Shown: positions 16,349 through 27,904, counted from the stretch's first letter. The stretch is DNA of 64,000 bases from Deferribacterales bacterium (GCA_050253075.1 JBFWJS010000006.1:128001-192000); one strand, 5' to 3'. The notes: generated by a model from the letters alone, not told the origin. Made by a program: numbers and translations.

Positions 16349-18737
16349 CCACCTTCTCCAGAAGAAACGTGTTCAGTCTCTTCATCTCAGTTTCCGAACG
16401 GCTGTAACCGAGGCTTTCGAAGTATTCATAACAGTTAAAGTTACCTGTGGTCTCAGTTTTAAAAACCACATCCTTATCACCGAGACTCACTACAAAAGCG
16501 GCGGCATTAAGCATCTTTTCAGTGCCTTTCTTATTCAGTTTTGAATAGAATGCCTCACCTTTCAGATATTTTTCTCTGAACAGCTCGAAAAGCTCAGGTT
16601 TGAATGTCATTCTGACGTATATATCAAACTTTTTCGGATGTATGGTGAACCTGCTGATGGCGCTCACTTTCACCCCCGGAGGCATGATAGCATTCACCTT
16701 TTCCAGCAGTGCCTGAGTGTCTGCAACGGGGGCGGATTCAAAGAGTATCACCTCGTTGTATCCTGCGAGCCCTGATGAAGCTGCCTGAACATAGCTCAGC
16801 TTCGGCTGCGGGTTAAACCCTTCGGAGAATTTCAGCCCGATATCTGCCAGTGTCAGAACGTGTGTAAAGAGTCTCTGTGTCTCTATAGCTGAAAGGAGGC
16901 TCATGCGCTCCACCTTGCTGAAAACAAGTGAGTAGCGTTCGAATACCTCGCCCTCTTCTGCTGTGGCGGATGTGTCTATTGTCACTGGTTCGGAGAACTC
17001 GTTCTTTATCATGTCGAAGTCGCATATACCGCACGCTGAGCAGTTCCCGTTTGTACAGTCGGGTGTAGCCGTCAGAGCTTCAGACTTCTCATATTCGCTC
17101 CAGAGGAACGCTTTTGTAACGCCGACATTGATGTTCTCCCACGGGAGTTTTTCATCCTTGCCGTATATCCTTTCGGCAAAGTCAGAGTCTTTATATCCGA
17201 ACTTCGCCAGAGCATTGTCCCATATCTCATGGTTAAAATGTTCGCTCCATGCGTCGAATCTGGCTCCGTTATTAACAGCCTCTTCGATAACATCGGCAAG
17301 CTCCACAGGCCCTCTGGAGAAAACACCCTCCAGAACGGAAGCCCTGATGCCGTGGAAAGAACAAGGTATCTTATATTTCTTCATGAGCTCTTTGAGCTCT
17401 CTTTTCTTTTCAAAGAAGTCGTCACCGCTGTTCTGACCGAACCACTGATACGGTGTGTGCGGTTTCGGCACAAAGTTAGACACGGAGACCTTAATATTAA
17501 AACGTCCCTTACGAAGCATTTTCGCCTTTCTGGCTAGCTCTGCTATTTCGAGCACATCTTCCATCGTCTCACCGGGGAGCCCCATCATGAAATAGAGCTT
17601 CGCACCGTTCCAGCCTGCATCCGATGCCTTTTCAACTGCTGCGAGGATATCTTCCTCTGTCAGACCTTTATTGATGGCGTCACGCATACGCTGAGAGCCT
17701 GCCTCGGGAGCTATGGTGAATCCGCTTTTACGAACCTTTGACAGCTCACGGAACATATATTCTTTGATTCTGTCTGCACGTATGGACGGCAGAGAGAGCG
17801 ATACTTTCTTATTGCTGGTCAGCTTCACCATTGTGATGAGCAGGTCTTCCAGCCTGCTGTAGTCCGAGGCTGAAAGGGAAAGGAGAGATGTCTCCAGATA
17901 TCCTGTATTGGATAGCTGTGTCAGGGCATCCTTTGCTATGTCGTCGATGCTCCGCTCACGGTTCGGGCGGTATATAATCCCCGCCTGACAAAAACGGCAT
18001 CCTCTGGTGCAACCTCTGGATATCTCGACGGCCACCCTGTCCTGAACGGCGGGTATAGTAGGCACTATCAGCTTCTCAATAGTGTGATCCTTTGTGAAGC
18101 CTGTGTATATGCATCTGGTCACTGCTTTATCAGCGTCCAGTTCGGGAACGTATGTGTAAGGCAGAGAGTTCAGATACTCAAGCAGCTTCCTACGGTCTGC
18201 CCCGCCCTTTTTCATCTTATGGAATTCATCCACGGCATTGGGCAGAGATTCCTCTGATTCGCCGATGAAGAATACGTCTATGAACGGTGCGACAGGCATA
18301 GGGTTCACGACGCAAGGTCCCCCTGCGAAGACTATAGGGTCTTCCTCAGTCCTGTCCTTTGACCTCATAGGCACGTCAGACATCTTCAGCGTCAGCAGCA
18401 TGTTTGTATAAGACAGCTCATACTGGAGGCTGAAGCCGAGTATGTCGAAATCTTTCAGGTTTGTAGATGATTCGAGCCCTACGAACATCTCAGAGCCGAA
18501 CTGATCTATGGCATCCACCCACGGGGTGAAGAAACGCTCACAGACGATGTTCTCACGTCTGTTCAGTCTTTCGTACAGCATCTTAAAGCCTATATGGCTG
18601 ATGCCCACTTCATAGATATCGGGGAAGATGAGGCAGAAAGATGTCCTGCCTTCGTGGTCTTTGTGGAAAGAGTTTATCTCTCCGTTTATGTATCTGGCAG
18701 GTTTATTAACCTCCAGAAGTCTTTTATAATCTTTCAT
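16341..18737 (-). CDS. TIGR03960-type radical SAM protein fused to a C-terminal radical-SAM-linked (TIGR03936-like) domain
   Basis: KPARY, FPDIYEVG, RGCTRGCRFC, FVPKPHTPYQW; C-terminal FSEGFNPQPKLS. Confidence 0.85.
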   Translation of the reverse strand: MKDYKRLLEVNKPARYINGEINSFHKDHEGRTSFCLIFPDIYEVGISHIGFKMLYERLNRRENIVCERFFTPWVDAIDQFGSEMFVGLESSTNLKDFDILGFSLQYELSYTNMLLTLKMSDVPMRSKDRTEEDPIVFAGGPCVVNPMPVAPFIDVFFIGESEESLPNAVDEFHKMKKGGADRRKLLEYLNSLPYTYVPELDADKAVTRCIYTGFTKDHTIEKLIVPTIPAVQDRVAVEISRGCTRGCRFCQAGIIYRPNRERSIDDIAKDALTQLSNTGYLETSLLSLSASDYSRLEDLLITMVKLTSNKKVSLSLPSIRADRIKEYMFRELSKVRKSGFTIAPEAGSQRMRDAINKGLTEEDILAAVEKASDAGWNGAKLYFMMGLPGETMEDVLEIAELARKAKMLRKGRFNIKVSVSNFVPKPHTPYQWFGQNSGDDFFEKKRELKELMKKYKIPCSFHGIRASVLEGVFSRGPVELADVIEEAVNNGARFDAWSEHFNHEIWDNALAKFGYKDSDFAERIYGKDEKLPWENINVGVTKAFLWSEYEKSEALTATPDCTNGNCSACGICDFDMIKNEFSEPVTIDTSATAEEGEVFERYSLVFSKVERMSLLSAIETQRLFTHVLTLADIGLKFSEGFNPQPKLSYVQAASSGLAGYNEVILFESAPVADTQALLEKVNAIMPPGVKVSAISRFTIHPKKFDIYVRMTFKPELFELFREKYLKGEAFYSKLNKKGTEKMLNAAAFVVSLGDKDVVFKTETTGNFNCYEYFESLGYSRSETEMKRLNTFLLEKVDG

Positions 18738-19858
18738 TAAACATCACCGGGATCATCAAATCTCCTCATAGCAACACCGTTCACCAGCCCCAGCATAGAC
18801 ATGAATGTCAGCAGGGACGAACCGCCGTAACTAACAAGCGGCATAGGGATACCAACCACAGGCATCATGCCCGCTGTCATAGCCAGATTCACATAAAACT
18901 GGAAGAATATGAATCCGCTGACACCGAAACAGATAAGCTTTCCGGCGGGTTCCTTGGCGTTCAGCGAGATGAGCATTATACGCAATAACATGATCATGAA
19001 AAGAGAAATTATTACTAGCGACCCCACAAGACCGAATTCCTCAGCGATAACAGAGAAGATAAAGTCCGTGTGTCTCTCGGGGATAAACTTAAGGTGAGAC
19101 TGAGTACCTTTCAGAAAGCCCTTCCCCGTAAGCCCTCCCGAGCCTATGGCGATCTTCGACTGGATAACGTGATACCCCGATCCGAAAGGATCTTTCTCAG
19201 GGTTCATGAATGTTATAACACGCTTTTTCTGATAAGGTTTCATCTGTGACCAGAGAACGGGTGCAGCAAATATAAGGCTCGCTATGATCAGCATCAGCGT
19301 CATGCGCTTTATACCTATCACAAGGAGCAGCATCCCCCATATAACGAGGAATGTACCCGCCGTACCCAGGTCGGGCTGTAAAAAGACAAGGGCGAAAGGA
19401 GGCACGGCCCAGATGAATTTCTTCAAAATGCCGAGCAGTCCATACTTTTCACGTCCTATCTCTATGTATAAACGGGCGAGGAATATTACCCATATGAATT
19501 TGAATATCTCCGAAGGCTGTACACGGAATCCGCCTATGGCTATCCACCTTCTGGCTCCCATACCCACATGCCCCAGTATAAGCACCGCCAGCAAGATCAA
19601 TATCCCCACGATGTAAAATACGTAGGCATACTTCACCAGCTTCTTATGCCCTATGGAGCTGAAAGCAAAGAAGAGTATATAGCCTATGACCAGCCAGTAC
19701 ATCTGCTTCACATAGTATGTCTTCACAGAGTCGTTAACTGGGTCATAGCCCGCACTGTATATAGCGACAACGCCAATGACCGTTATTAACAGCATTGTGA
19801 TGAAAAGCGCAAAATCAAAGTTTTCTAAATGCTTCCTATCAAGGTTGACGCCAAACAT
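18737..19858 (-). CDS. rodA: Rod shape-determining SEDS protein RodA
   Basis: QPSE, QPDLGT, PERHTDFIF, SYGGSS. Confidence 0.95.
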   Translation of the reverse strand: MFGVNLDRKHLENFDFALFITMLLITVIGVVAIYSAGYDPVNDSVKTYYVKQMYWLVIGYILFFAFSSIGHKKLVKYAYVFYIVGILILLAVLILGHVGMGARRWIAIGGFRVQPSEIFKFIWVIFLARLYIEIGREKYGLLGILKKFIWAVPPFALVFLQPDLGTAGTFLVIWGMLLLVIGIKRMTLMLIIASLIFAAPVLWSQMKPYQKKRVITFMNPEKDPFGSGYHVIQSKIAIGSGGLTGKGFLKGTQSHLKFIPERHTDFIFSVIAEEFGLVGSLVIISLFMIMLLRIMLISLNAKEPAGKLICFGVSGFIFFQFYVNLAMTAGMMPVVGIPMPLVSYGGSSLLTFMSMLGLVNGVAMRRFDDPGDV

Positions 19859-21665
19859 ATCCTAAATCCGCCATTTTATTTATAACCGCACCTATAACAG
19901 GCGCAGCACCCTTACTTCCCGCACCGCCGTGTTCTATCATGGCGACTGCGACATATTTCGGGTTTGAAACAGGGAAGACGGCGCCGAACCAAGAGTGGTC
20001 TCTCATCTTTTCGGGTATTTCGTCATCTTCCATCTCTTCGGTATGCTTCAGGCTCACCACCTGCGCCGTACCTGTCTTTCCGCCTATGGTCACACCGTCT
20101 ACCTTCGCACGATAGCCTGTTGCATGTCTGCCGTGGACAACTTCTCTCATCCCTTCAAGCACGACATTCACGGCGTCTTTATCCAGAGGCACTTCACGCA
20201 GCAGTTTAGGCTCCTGCATTATCTTAACCCCCGATGCGGGGTCTTCTATATATTTTATAAGGTTCGGGGCGTATATATGCCCGCCGTTGAAAAGCCCGGA
20301 AAGCATGACTGCTATCTGGAGCGGTGTAGTAGCTATATATCCCTGTCCGATAGATGTGATAATAGTCTCACCGGGATACCAGGGCTCTTTTCTCGATTTT
20401 TTCTTCCACTCTCTGCTGGGGAAAAAGCCGAATTTCTCATTAGGCAGGTTTATCTCTGTCTTTCTGCCGAGGGAGAACAGATCGGCATATTTGCTGATAG
20501 GGTCTATGCCGAGCTGAAGTCCGACGTTATAAAAATAAACGTCGCATGACTGCTCTATGGCGTGGACGAGGTCCAGCTTTCCGTGTCCGCCTTTTTTCCA
20601 GCATCTGTATGTAAAGTTTCCGTATGAAAGCTCGCCGTTGCAGTTGAATGTGGTCTCAGGGGTTATCTTCCCCTCCATAAGGGCGACAACACCCATCAGC
20701 ACTTTAAAAACAGACCCCGGAGGATAGCTCCCCTCTATGGTTCTGTTCAGCAGCGGCTTGTCTTCGTGTTTTATGATATCCAGCCTGTCCTGCGATTTGG
20801 CAAAAGGAGTAAAGGCCATAAGGTCATATGACGGTGCGGAATACATGGTCAGCACGTCAAAGTTTTCTATATCCATGACAACGACAGAGCCTGTCTTGTC
20901 CTTCATCAGCTTATGAGTGAATGTCTGCAGGTCTGAATCCAGCGTCAGGGCTATGTTATGCCCCGGCTCTGCCTGCTTTTCCGAGAGGACTTCAAGCACA
21001 CGTCCATAGGAGTCCACCTCCACCTGTCTGGCTCCGTCCTCTCCGTGCAGAACATCTTCCTGCACTTTTTCTATACCTGTCTTACCGATCATGTCTCCGC
21101 TCAGATATATCTCGCTTGTCTGGATATCTTTTTCGTTCACTTCGGAAAGATAGCCGAGAACATGGCTGAAAGCCTTGCTGTCGCTATAGCTTCGCACGGA
21201 TTCAAGACCTATTTCCACACCGTAGAAATCTGCGGAATTCTCCATAACCTTTGCCACCTGCTCAAATGTCAGTCCTCTCTGGATGACGGCAGGCTCGTAA
21301 AGGTAGGATTTTTTTATCTGTTTTTTAGCGAAAGTTTTATCTATGGGGACGATCTCGTTCAGTTTATCGAGGAGTGTGTCTATGTCTTTGACGTCTTCTT
21401 TAACCACGTTCAGCTCATAGCTCGGCGTGTTCTTAACGATCAGCCTCCCCTTCGTATCTTTTATAAAGCCTCTGTCGGCCTTTATACGCATGAGTCGTAT
21501 ACGGTTGTTCTCAGACAGTCTTTTGTATTTATCAAAGCCGATGACCTGCATATAAGCCATCCTTGCTCCGAGGATGGTCATAAAGATGAATATGACGGTA
21601 AAGAACAGAAATGTCCGTTTTTTGATGTATTCCAGCACATCATCTTTAAGCGTTTTTAACAGCAA
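19839..21665 (-). CDS. mrdA: Penicillin-binding protein 2
   Basis: SVFK, SCD and KTGT motifs; position in the mre operon. Confidence 0.95.
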   Translation of the reverse strand: MLLKTLKDDVLEYIKKRTFLFFTVIFIFMTILGARMAYMQVIGFDKYKRLSENNRIRLMRIKADRGFIKDTKGRLIVKNTPSYELNVVKEDVKDIDTLLDKLNEIVPIDKTFAKKQIKKSYLYEPAVIQRGLTFEQVAKVMENSADFYGVEIGLESVRSYSDSKAFSHVLGYLSEVNEKDIQTSEIYLSGDMIGKTGIEKVQEDVLHGEDGARQVEVDSYGRVLEVLSEKQAEPGHNIALTLDSDLQTFTHKLMKDKTGSVVVMDIENFDVLTMYSAPSYDLMAFTPFAKSQDRLDIIKHEDKPLLNRTIEGSYPPGSVFKVLMGVVALMEGKITPETTFNCNGELSYGNFTYRCWKKGGHGKLDLVHAIEQSCDVYFYNVGLQLGIDPISKYADLFSLGRKTEINLPNEKFGFFPSREWKKKSRKEPWYPGETIITSIGQGYIATTPLQIAVMLSGLFNGGHIYAPNLIKYIEDPASGVKIMQEPKLLREVPLDKDAVNVVLEGMREVVHGRHATGYRAKVDGVTIGGKTGTAQVVSLKHTEEMEDDEIPEKMRDHSWFGAVFPVSNPKYVAVAMIEHGGAGSKGAAPVIGAVINKMADLGYVWRQP

Positions 21666-22122
21666 TGCAGTACCCCTTAAAAAATGAGTTTATCAGGAAT
21701 ATAATGCCGACGTTCACCAGTGTCCTGTAGAGAGCTATAGTCAGCGCAGGGGCAAACATGTAGTCTGTCAGATACAGGCTGAACATACAGTATATAAACG
21801 ACATGGATGAAAACATAAGGAGCCTGTAGTGCACCTTTGTCATATCCATCATAACGTCCGAACGGAACCTGAGCATATAAAAAACCATAAACAGAGCCAC
21901 ACCCGGGCCGTAAAAGCCGTCACGTGCGAAATCTGCGAAAAATCCGAAGATAAGAGCAAGCCAGATGAAGTTGTCCTCATCGGCACACTCGAGTGTAAGT
22001 ATGAAGAGTATTATAATGTAGTCGAATCTGGTCAGAACCCCATTAACAGCTACAGTTATTATATGCAGCAGTATCAGAGCGAAAAGAATGAAAGTATATT
22101 TGTTTATCAGTCTTTCTATCAT
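21646..22122 (-). CDS. mreD: MreD-like membrane protein
   Basis: Hydrophobic, lies between mreC and mrdA. Confidence 0.7.
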   Translation of the reverse strand: MIERLINKYTFILFALILLHIITVAVNGVLTRFDYIIILFILTLECADEDNFIWLALIFGFFADFARDGFYGPGVALFMVFYMLRFRSDVMMDMTKVHYRLLMFSSMSFIYCMFSLYLTDYMFAPALTIALYRTLVNVGIIFLINSFFKGYCIAVKNA

Positions 22123-22910
22123 TTACCGACAACCAGCACATTCTCCAGTTTATAAAAATCTACGTTCGACAGAAGTGAGAGGTTGCGGAAAAGACCGATA
22201 TCGACATTCTCCACATCATCCACCTGTCCAACGATAATGCCCTTAGGATAAACACCGCCAAGCCCAGATGTGATGAGTATATCGCCCTCTTTCACATCGT
22301 CCAGCCTGTCGTAGAAGTCCACAGCCATCTGACCTCGTCCGTCTCCTCTGACGATACCGACAGTTCTCGTCCTGCTGTTCATGACAGATACGTTGCTCCC
22401 CGGGTTCAGTACGACTTCGACCTTTGCCGTGTCGCTGTACACCTCGGTGACCATACCGACAAGTCCGCTGTAGCTGATGACGGGGTCTTTACGCTTCACA
22501 CCGTCTTCGGTGCCTCTGTCTATTATTATATATTTGAGATAACCTGTGATGTTTCGTCCGATGACGTTACAGGCGATGGAGTCGAGGTTTGAATATTCAC
22601 GGAATTTAAGCAGCTTTTTCAAACGCTCATATTCAGAGACACGCTCACGGAGCAGAGAGTTTTCAAGCTGCAGCTTTCCGTTCTCTTTTATGAGAGCTTC
22701 ATTCTCGTCATGAACATTAACAAGGTTGATGTATCCGCCCCAAACACTGCCAAAGAGCCCGATTGTCTTGTCGGTGTAGTATATGAAAGGATTCACAAGG
22801 TTTCCGAAGATACCTTTGAAAGGACCTTTTATATTAGGGTTTCTCGCCTGCACAATGATAAGCACGAGCAGTGCGATAAATACTATTAGAACTTTTTTCC
22901 AGGACTTCAT
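22119..22910 (-). CDS. mreC: Rod shape-determining protein MreC
   Basis: TM, coiled coil, IDRG..GV, TSGLGGVYPKGI. Confidence 0.95.
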   Translation of the reverse strand: MKSWKKVLIVFIALLVLIIVQARNPNIKGPFKGIFGNLVNPFIYYTDKTIGLFGSVWGGYINLVNVHDENEALIKENGKLQLENSLLRERVSEYERLKKLLKFREYSNLDSIACNVIGRNITGYLKYIIIDRGTEDGVKRKDPVISYSGLVGMVTEVYSDTAKVEVVLNPGSNVSVMNSRTRTVGIVRGDGRGQMAVDFYDRLDDVKEGDILITSGLGGVYPKGIIVGQVDDVENVDIGLFRNLSLLSNVDFYKLENVLVVGK

Positions 22911-22922
22911 TCTCTGGCTTTA

Positions 22923-24062
<1,140 letters not shown>

Positions 24063-24123
24063 TTAAAGTTTTTTGTATAACAAGTCAAACAAATATAATC
24101 ATAAATTGGAGTTAATGAGTTAA

Positions 24124-25593
24124 ATGGAACAACATCGTCTGGACAAACTGGAAAAGATAAAAGCACAGAACAAACAACCTTATGTAAATTTTCATAAAAA
24201 AGAGCACGATATCATTGATGTCGTTGAGAAATATAAAGACGTCGAAAAAGATGCCCTCCCCGAGCAGTCTGTTATTTTTGATGTGGCAGGACGTATCATG
24301 GCACTGCGCGAATTCGGTAAAGCCGCATTCATGACGATAAAAGACCGCACAGAGAGCATTCAGGTCTATGTGAAAAAAGGTGAGATATCCGACGAAGACC
24401 ACGAAATTTTTAAAACTTCCGACGTCGGCGACGTTGTCGGCATCAAAGGATTCCTCTTTAAAACTAAGACAGGCGAGCTCACACTCTGTGCCACAGAGTA
24501 TAAGATGCTCACAAAAGCTCTGCGTGACCTTCCCGAAAAATTTCACGGTCTCACAGACGTTGAAAAGAGATACCGTCAGAGATATGTAGACCTCATCGTG
24601 AACGAAGAGGTTAAAGATACTTTCCGCAAGAGAAGCCAGATAATCCAGCAGGTGCGCCAGTTCTTCATCAGCAAGGACTTCCTCGAGGTGGAAACACCTA
24701 TGATGCACCCTATCGTGGGCGGCGCTACGGCTAAACCTTTCGAAACACACCACAACGCCCTCGACATGCCCCTCTATCTGAGGATCGCACCGGAGCTCTA
24801 CCTTAAAAGGCTCGTTATCGGCGGTATGGAGCGTGTATTCGAAGTGAACAGAAACTTCCGTAACGAAGGTCTCTCCACACGCCACAACCCTGAGTTCACC
24901 ATGATAGAATGGTACAACGCATACAACGACTATCACGGTCTTATGGATCAGATAGAAGAGATGATATGCGGCATATCCGAAAAAGTGAACGGAAGCCTTA
25001 AGGTAAACTTCAGAGACAAAGAAGTAGACCTCACACGCCCGTGGAAACGTGTGACAATGAACGATGCTATTACTACAATGACAGATGTAACACCCGACCA
25101 GATAGCCGACAGAGATGCCGCAGCAGCTACTGCAAAAAAATACGGTATTCATGTTGATAAAAACTGGGGAAAGGGTAAGATTGTTATGGAAATCTTTGAA
25201 GAACTGTGCGAGCACAATTTATTCAACCCTACATTCATCATTGATTATCCTAAAGAGGTTTCTCCACTGGCGAAATCTAAGGCAGACGACCCTGAAACCA
25301 CGGAACGCTTTGAGCTGTTCGTCGGCGGTTTCGAGTTGGCGAACGGATTTAACGAGCTTAACGATCCGATGGATCAGAAAGAGCGTTTTGAAAAACAGGT
25401 CGCAGCGAAAGAGGCAGGAGACGAAGAAGCAGGCATGATGGACCTCGACTACATCAGAGCCCTTGAATACGGTCTTCCACCTACAGCAGGCGCAGGACTT
25501 GGCATAGACAGGCTTGTCATGCTGATGACAGACAGCCAGTCCATCAGAGACGTAATACTCTTTCCACATATGAGGCCGGAAGATATTGATTAA
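24124..25593 (+). CDS. lysS: Lysine--tRNA ligase (class II)
   Basis: RYRQRY, LRIAPELYLKRL, FRNEG, HNPEF, GIDRL. Confidence 0.98.
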   Translation: MEQHRLDKLEKIKAQNKQPYVNFHKKEHDIIDVVEKYKDVEKDALPEQSVIFDVAGRIMALREFGKAAFMTIKDRTESIQVYVKKGEISDEDHEIFKTSDVGDVVGIKGFLFKTKTGELTLCATEYKMLTKALRDLPEKFHGLTDVEKRYRQRYVDLIVNEEVKDTFRKRSQIIQQVRQFFISKDFLEVETPMMHPIVGGATAKPFETHHNALDMPLYLRIAPELYLKRLVIGGMERVFEVNRNFRNEGLSTRHNPEFTMIEWYNAYNDYHGLMDQIEEMICGISEKVNGSLKVNFRDKEVDLTRPWKRVTMNDAITTMTDVTPDQIADRDAAAATAKKYGIHVDKNWGKGKIVMEIFEELCEHNLFNPTFIIDYPKEVSPLAKSKADDPETTERFELFVGGFELANGFNELNDPMDQKERFEKQVAAKEAGDEEAGMMDLDYIRALEYGLPPTAGAGLGIDRLVMLMTDSQSIRDVILFPHMRPEDID

Positions 25594-26527
25594 CACAAAG
25601 GTATTTGCTAGGGCTAAAACAGAAGACACCAGACAGCACATATCTTCTCTTTTCTCCGATGTAGAGTTCGTCGGCACCGAAGAACTCCTCACCATGGAAA
25701 AAGAGCTGATCATCTACGAAGTTATGGGGGAATGTACCGCTGAGGAGCTGAGGGAGCTGCTCGGTACTGAGAATTTTTTCCTTTTTATTTCTGATGAGTG
25801 CCACGACAATCTTTTGCTGGAGATATCCAGAGACTATTACTTTGCCTTCTGTCTGAAGGCTGACCCTATCAATGAGATAAAGATAAGATTTAACTCTCTT
25901 ATCAAACATAAAGAGCTGACAATAGCACTGGAAGAAAAGAATGAAGAGATGGAATCCACCATCTTTGAGCTCGCTTTCGCATCCACAAACGTGCTCGAGC
26001 AGAATGAATTCCTCGAGCAGATGGCGAAGAAAGACGGGCTCACCATGCTTTTCAACCACTCCTATTTCAAAGATAAACTGAAAGACGAAATGGTACGCTC
26101 GAAGCGTTATAACAACTGCTTCACCGTTGCCATTTTCGACCTCGATTTCTTTAAAAAGGTGAATGACCAGTACGGACACGTCAAAGGCGACGAAGTGCTG
26201 AAAGCATTTGCCAACATCATCAAAGAAACAGTTAGAAACACAGACATAGCAGCCAGATACGGCGGAGAGGAATTCGCCGTTCTCTTCACAGAGACAGACC
26301 TCGAAGATACCATAAGCGTGGTAGACCGCATCAGAGACAGGCTGAGCAATACTATCTTCTCCAGCGAGACAGAGTGCTTCAAAGTCACATTCAGCGCAGG
26401 CGTCACTTCCTATGACAAATCATACAAAGACGCCGAATATATGGTTAACGTCGCCGACAAGGCTCTCTACGTCAGTAAGACCGAAGGGCGTAACCGCACC
26501 ACCATCCTCACCGCCGACGACCTATAG
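25586..26527 (+). CDS. Cytoplasmic diguanylate cyclase (degenerate REC-like N-terminus and coiled coil)
   Basis: DGLT, DLDFFKKVND, RNTD I-site, GGEEF; overlaps the lysS end. Confidence 0.9.
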   Translation: MINTKVFARAKTEDTRQHISSLFSDVEFVGTEELLTMEKELIIYEVMGECTAEELRELLGTENFFLFISDECHDNLLLEISRDYYFAFCLKADPINEIKIRFNSLIKHKELTIALEEKNEEMESTIFELAFASTNVLEQNEFLEQMAKKDGLTMLFNHSYFKDKLKDEMVRSKRYNNCFTVAIFDLDFFKKVNDQYGHVKGDEVLKAFANIIKETVRNTDIAARYGGEEFAVLFTETDLEDTISVVDRIRDRLSNTIFSSETECFKVTFSAGVTSYDKSYKDAEYMVNVADKALYVSKTEGRNRTTILTADDL

Positions 26528-26562
26528 TCGGTCAGCACCGACAGGCCAATCACAAACTCCAG

Positions 26563-27505
26563 CGTCATTGCGAGGAGCGTAGCGACGCGGCAATCCTAGC
26601 CCTAACACAAACTGTCATCCTGAATGAAATGAAGGATCTGTGCATGTCAGATTCTCCGCCTGTGGCTCAGAATGACTACCAAATATACGTCATTGCGAGG
26701 AGCGTAGCGACGTGGCAATCCTATCTCTAAATACAAACTGTCATCCTGAATGAAATGAAGGATCTGTATATTTCAGATTCTTCGCCCGTGGCTCAGAATG
26801 ACTACACATCATATGTCATTGCGAACGCAGTGAAGCAATCCTAGCCCTAAATATAAACTGTCATCCTGAATGGAATTAAAGATCTGTACATTTCAGATTC
26901 TTTGCCCGTGGCTCAGAATGACTACCAAATATACGTCATTGCGAGGAGCGTAGCGACGTGGCAATCCTAGCCCTATATATAAACCGTCATACTGAATGAA
27001 ATGAAGGATCTGTACATTTCAGATTCTTCGCCCTTGGCTCAGAATGACTACCAAATATACGTCATTGCAAACGCAGTGAAGCAATCCTATCTCTAAATAC
27101 AAACTGTCATCCTGAATGAAATGAAGGATCTGTACATTTCAGATTCTTCGCCCGTGGCTCAGAATGACTACACATCATATGTCATTGCGAACACAGTGAA
27201 GCAATCCTAGCCCTAAATATAAACTGTCATCCTGAATGAAATGAAGGATCTGTACATTTCAGATTCTTCGCCCTTGGCTCAGAATCACGAGTACGCACAT
27301 TAATAGGAATCCTAAGATTGCTTCGTCATTCCACTCCTCGCAATGACCTTGAATTTAGCGTCATTGCGAACGCAGTGAAGCAATCCTATCTCTAAATACA
27401 AACTGTCATCCTGAATGAAATGAAGGATCTGTGCAGTTCAGATTCTTCGCCCTTGGCTCAGAATGACTACCAAATATACGTCATTGCAAACGCTGTGACT
27501 GCAAT
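26563..27505. repeat. Tandem array of GTC-tagged palindromic (REP-like) repeats: 7 A-B-C units, 1 inverted A and a partial 8th A
   Basis: A copies start at 26564, 26689, 26815, 26935, 27061, 27181, 27360 and 27480. B = GTCATCCTGAATGAAATGAAGGATCT. C = AGATTCTTCGCCCKTGGCTCAGAATGAC (inverted). Inverted A at 27315-27347. Confidence 0.95.
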
Positions 27506-27900
27506 TATGATTTTATGAATTTAAGATGTACTTTGCGTGTGCGGGGGCCGTCGAATTCACAGAAATATATACCCTGCCAGGTGCCGAGCACCATATTTCC
27601 GTTTTCCACTATAATAGTTTCCGAACAGCCGATGAGAGATGATTTTATATGACTGTCAGAGTTCCCCTCAGCGTGGCGGAACTCTGACAGATTTGGTATT
27701 AACTTTGAAAGAAATGAGTTCATATCCCTTTGCACATCAGGGTCGGCGTTTTCATTTATCGTGACGGCGGATGTGGTATGCGGTGTGTAAACCACCAGAA
27801 TACCGTCCTGCCAGCCGTTTGCCCTGAGCACAGCCTGCACATCCCCCGTGATCTCCACAAAGGCGCACCGTGTGCCTGTCCTTACGGATATGGTCTCCAT
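27505..27900 (-). CDS. yjbQ: YjbQ/UPF0047 family protein
   Basis: PHTTS..INENADPDV, HAEGNSDSHIKS, LGTWQGIYFCEFDGPR. Confidence 0.92.
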   Translation of the reverse strand: METISVRTGTRCAFVEITGDVQAVLRANGWQDGILVVYTPHTTSAVTINENADPDVQRDMNSFLSKLIPNLSEFRHAEGNSDSHIKSSLIGCSETIIVENGNMVLGTWQGIYFCEFDGPRTRKVHLKFIKS

Positions 27901-27904
27901 ATTA

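Noticed and set aside
24112..25215. 367-aa antisense ORF over lysS
   Set aside because: Shadow frame of a codon-biased gene; no recognisable motifs.
26563..27505. CRISPR array
   Set aside because: The linkers are short and recur as two alleles rather than being unique spacers, repeats occur in both orientations, and there are no cas genes in the window.
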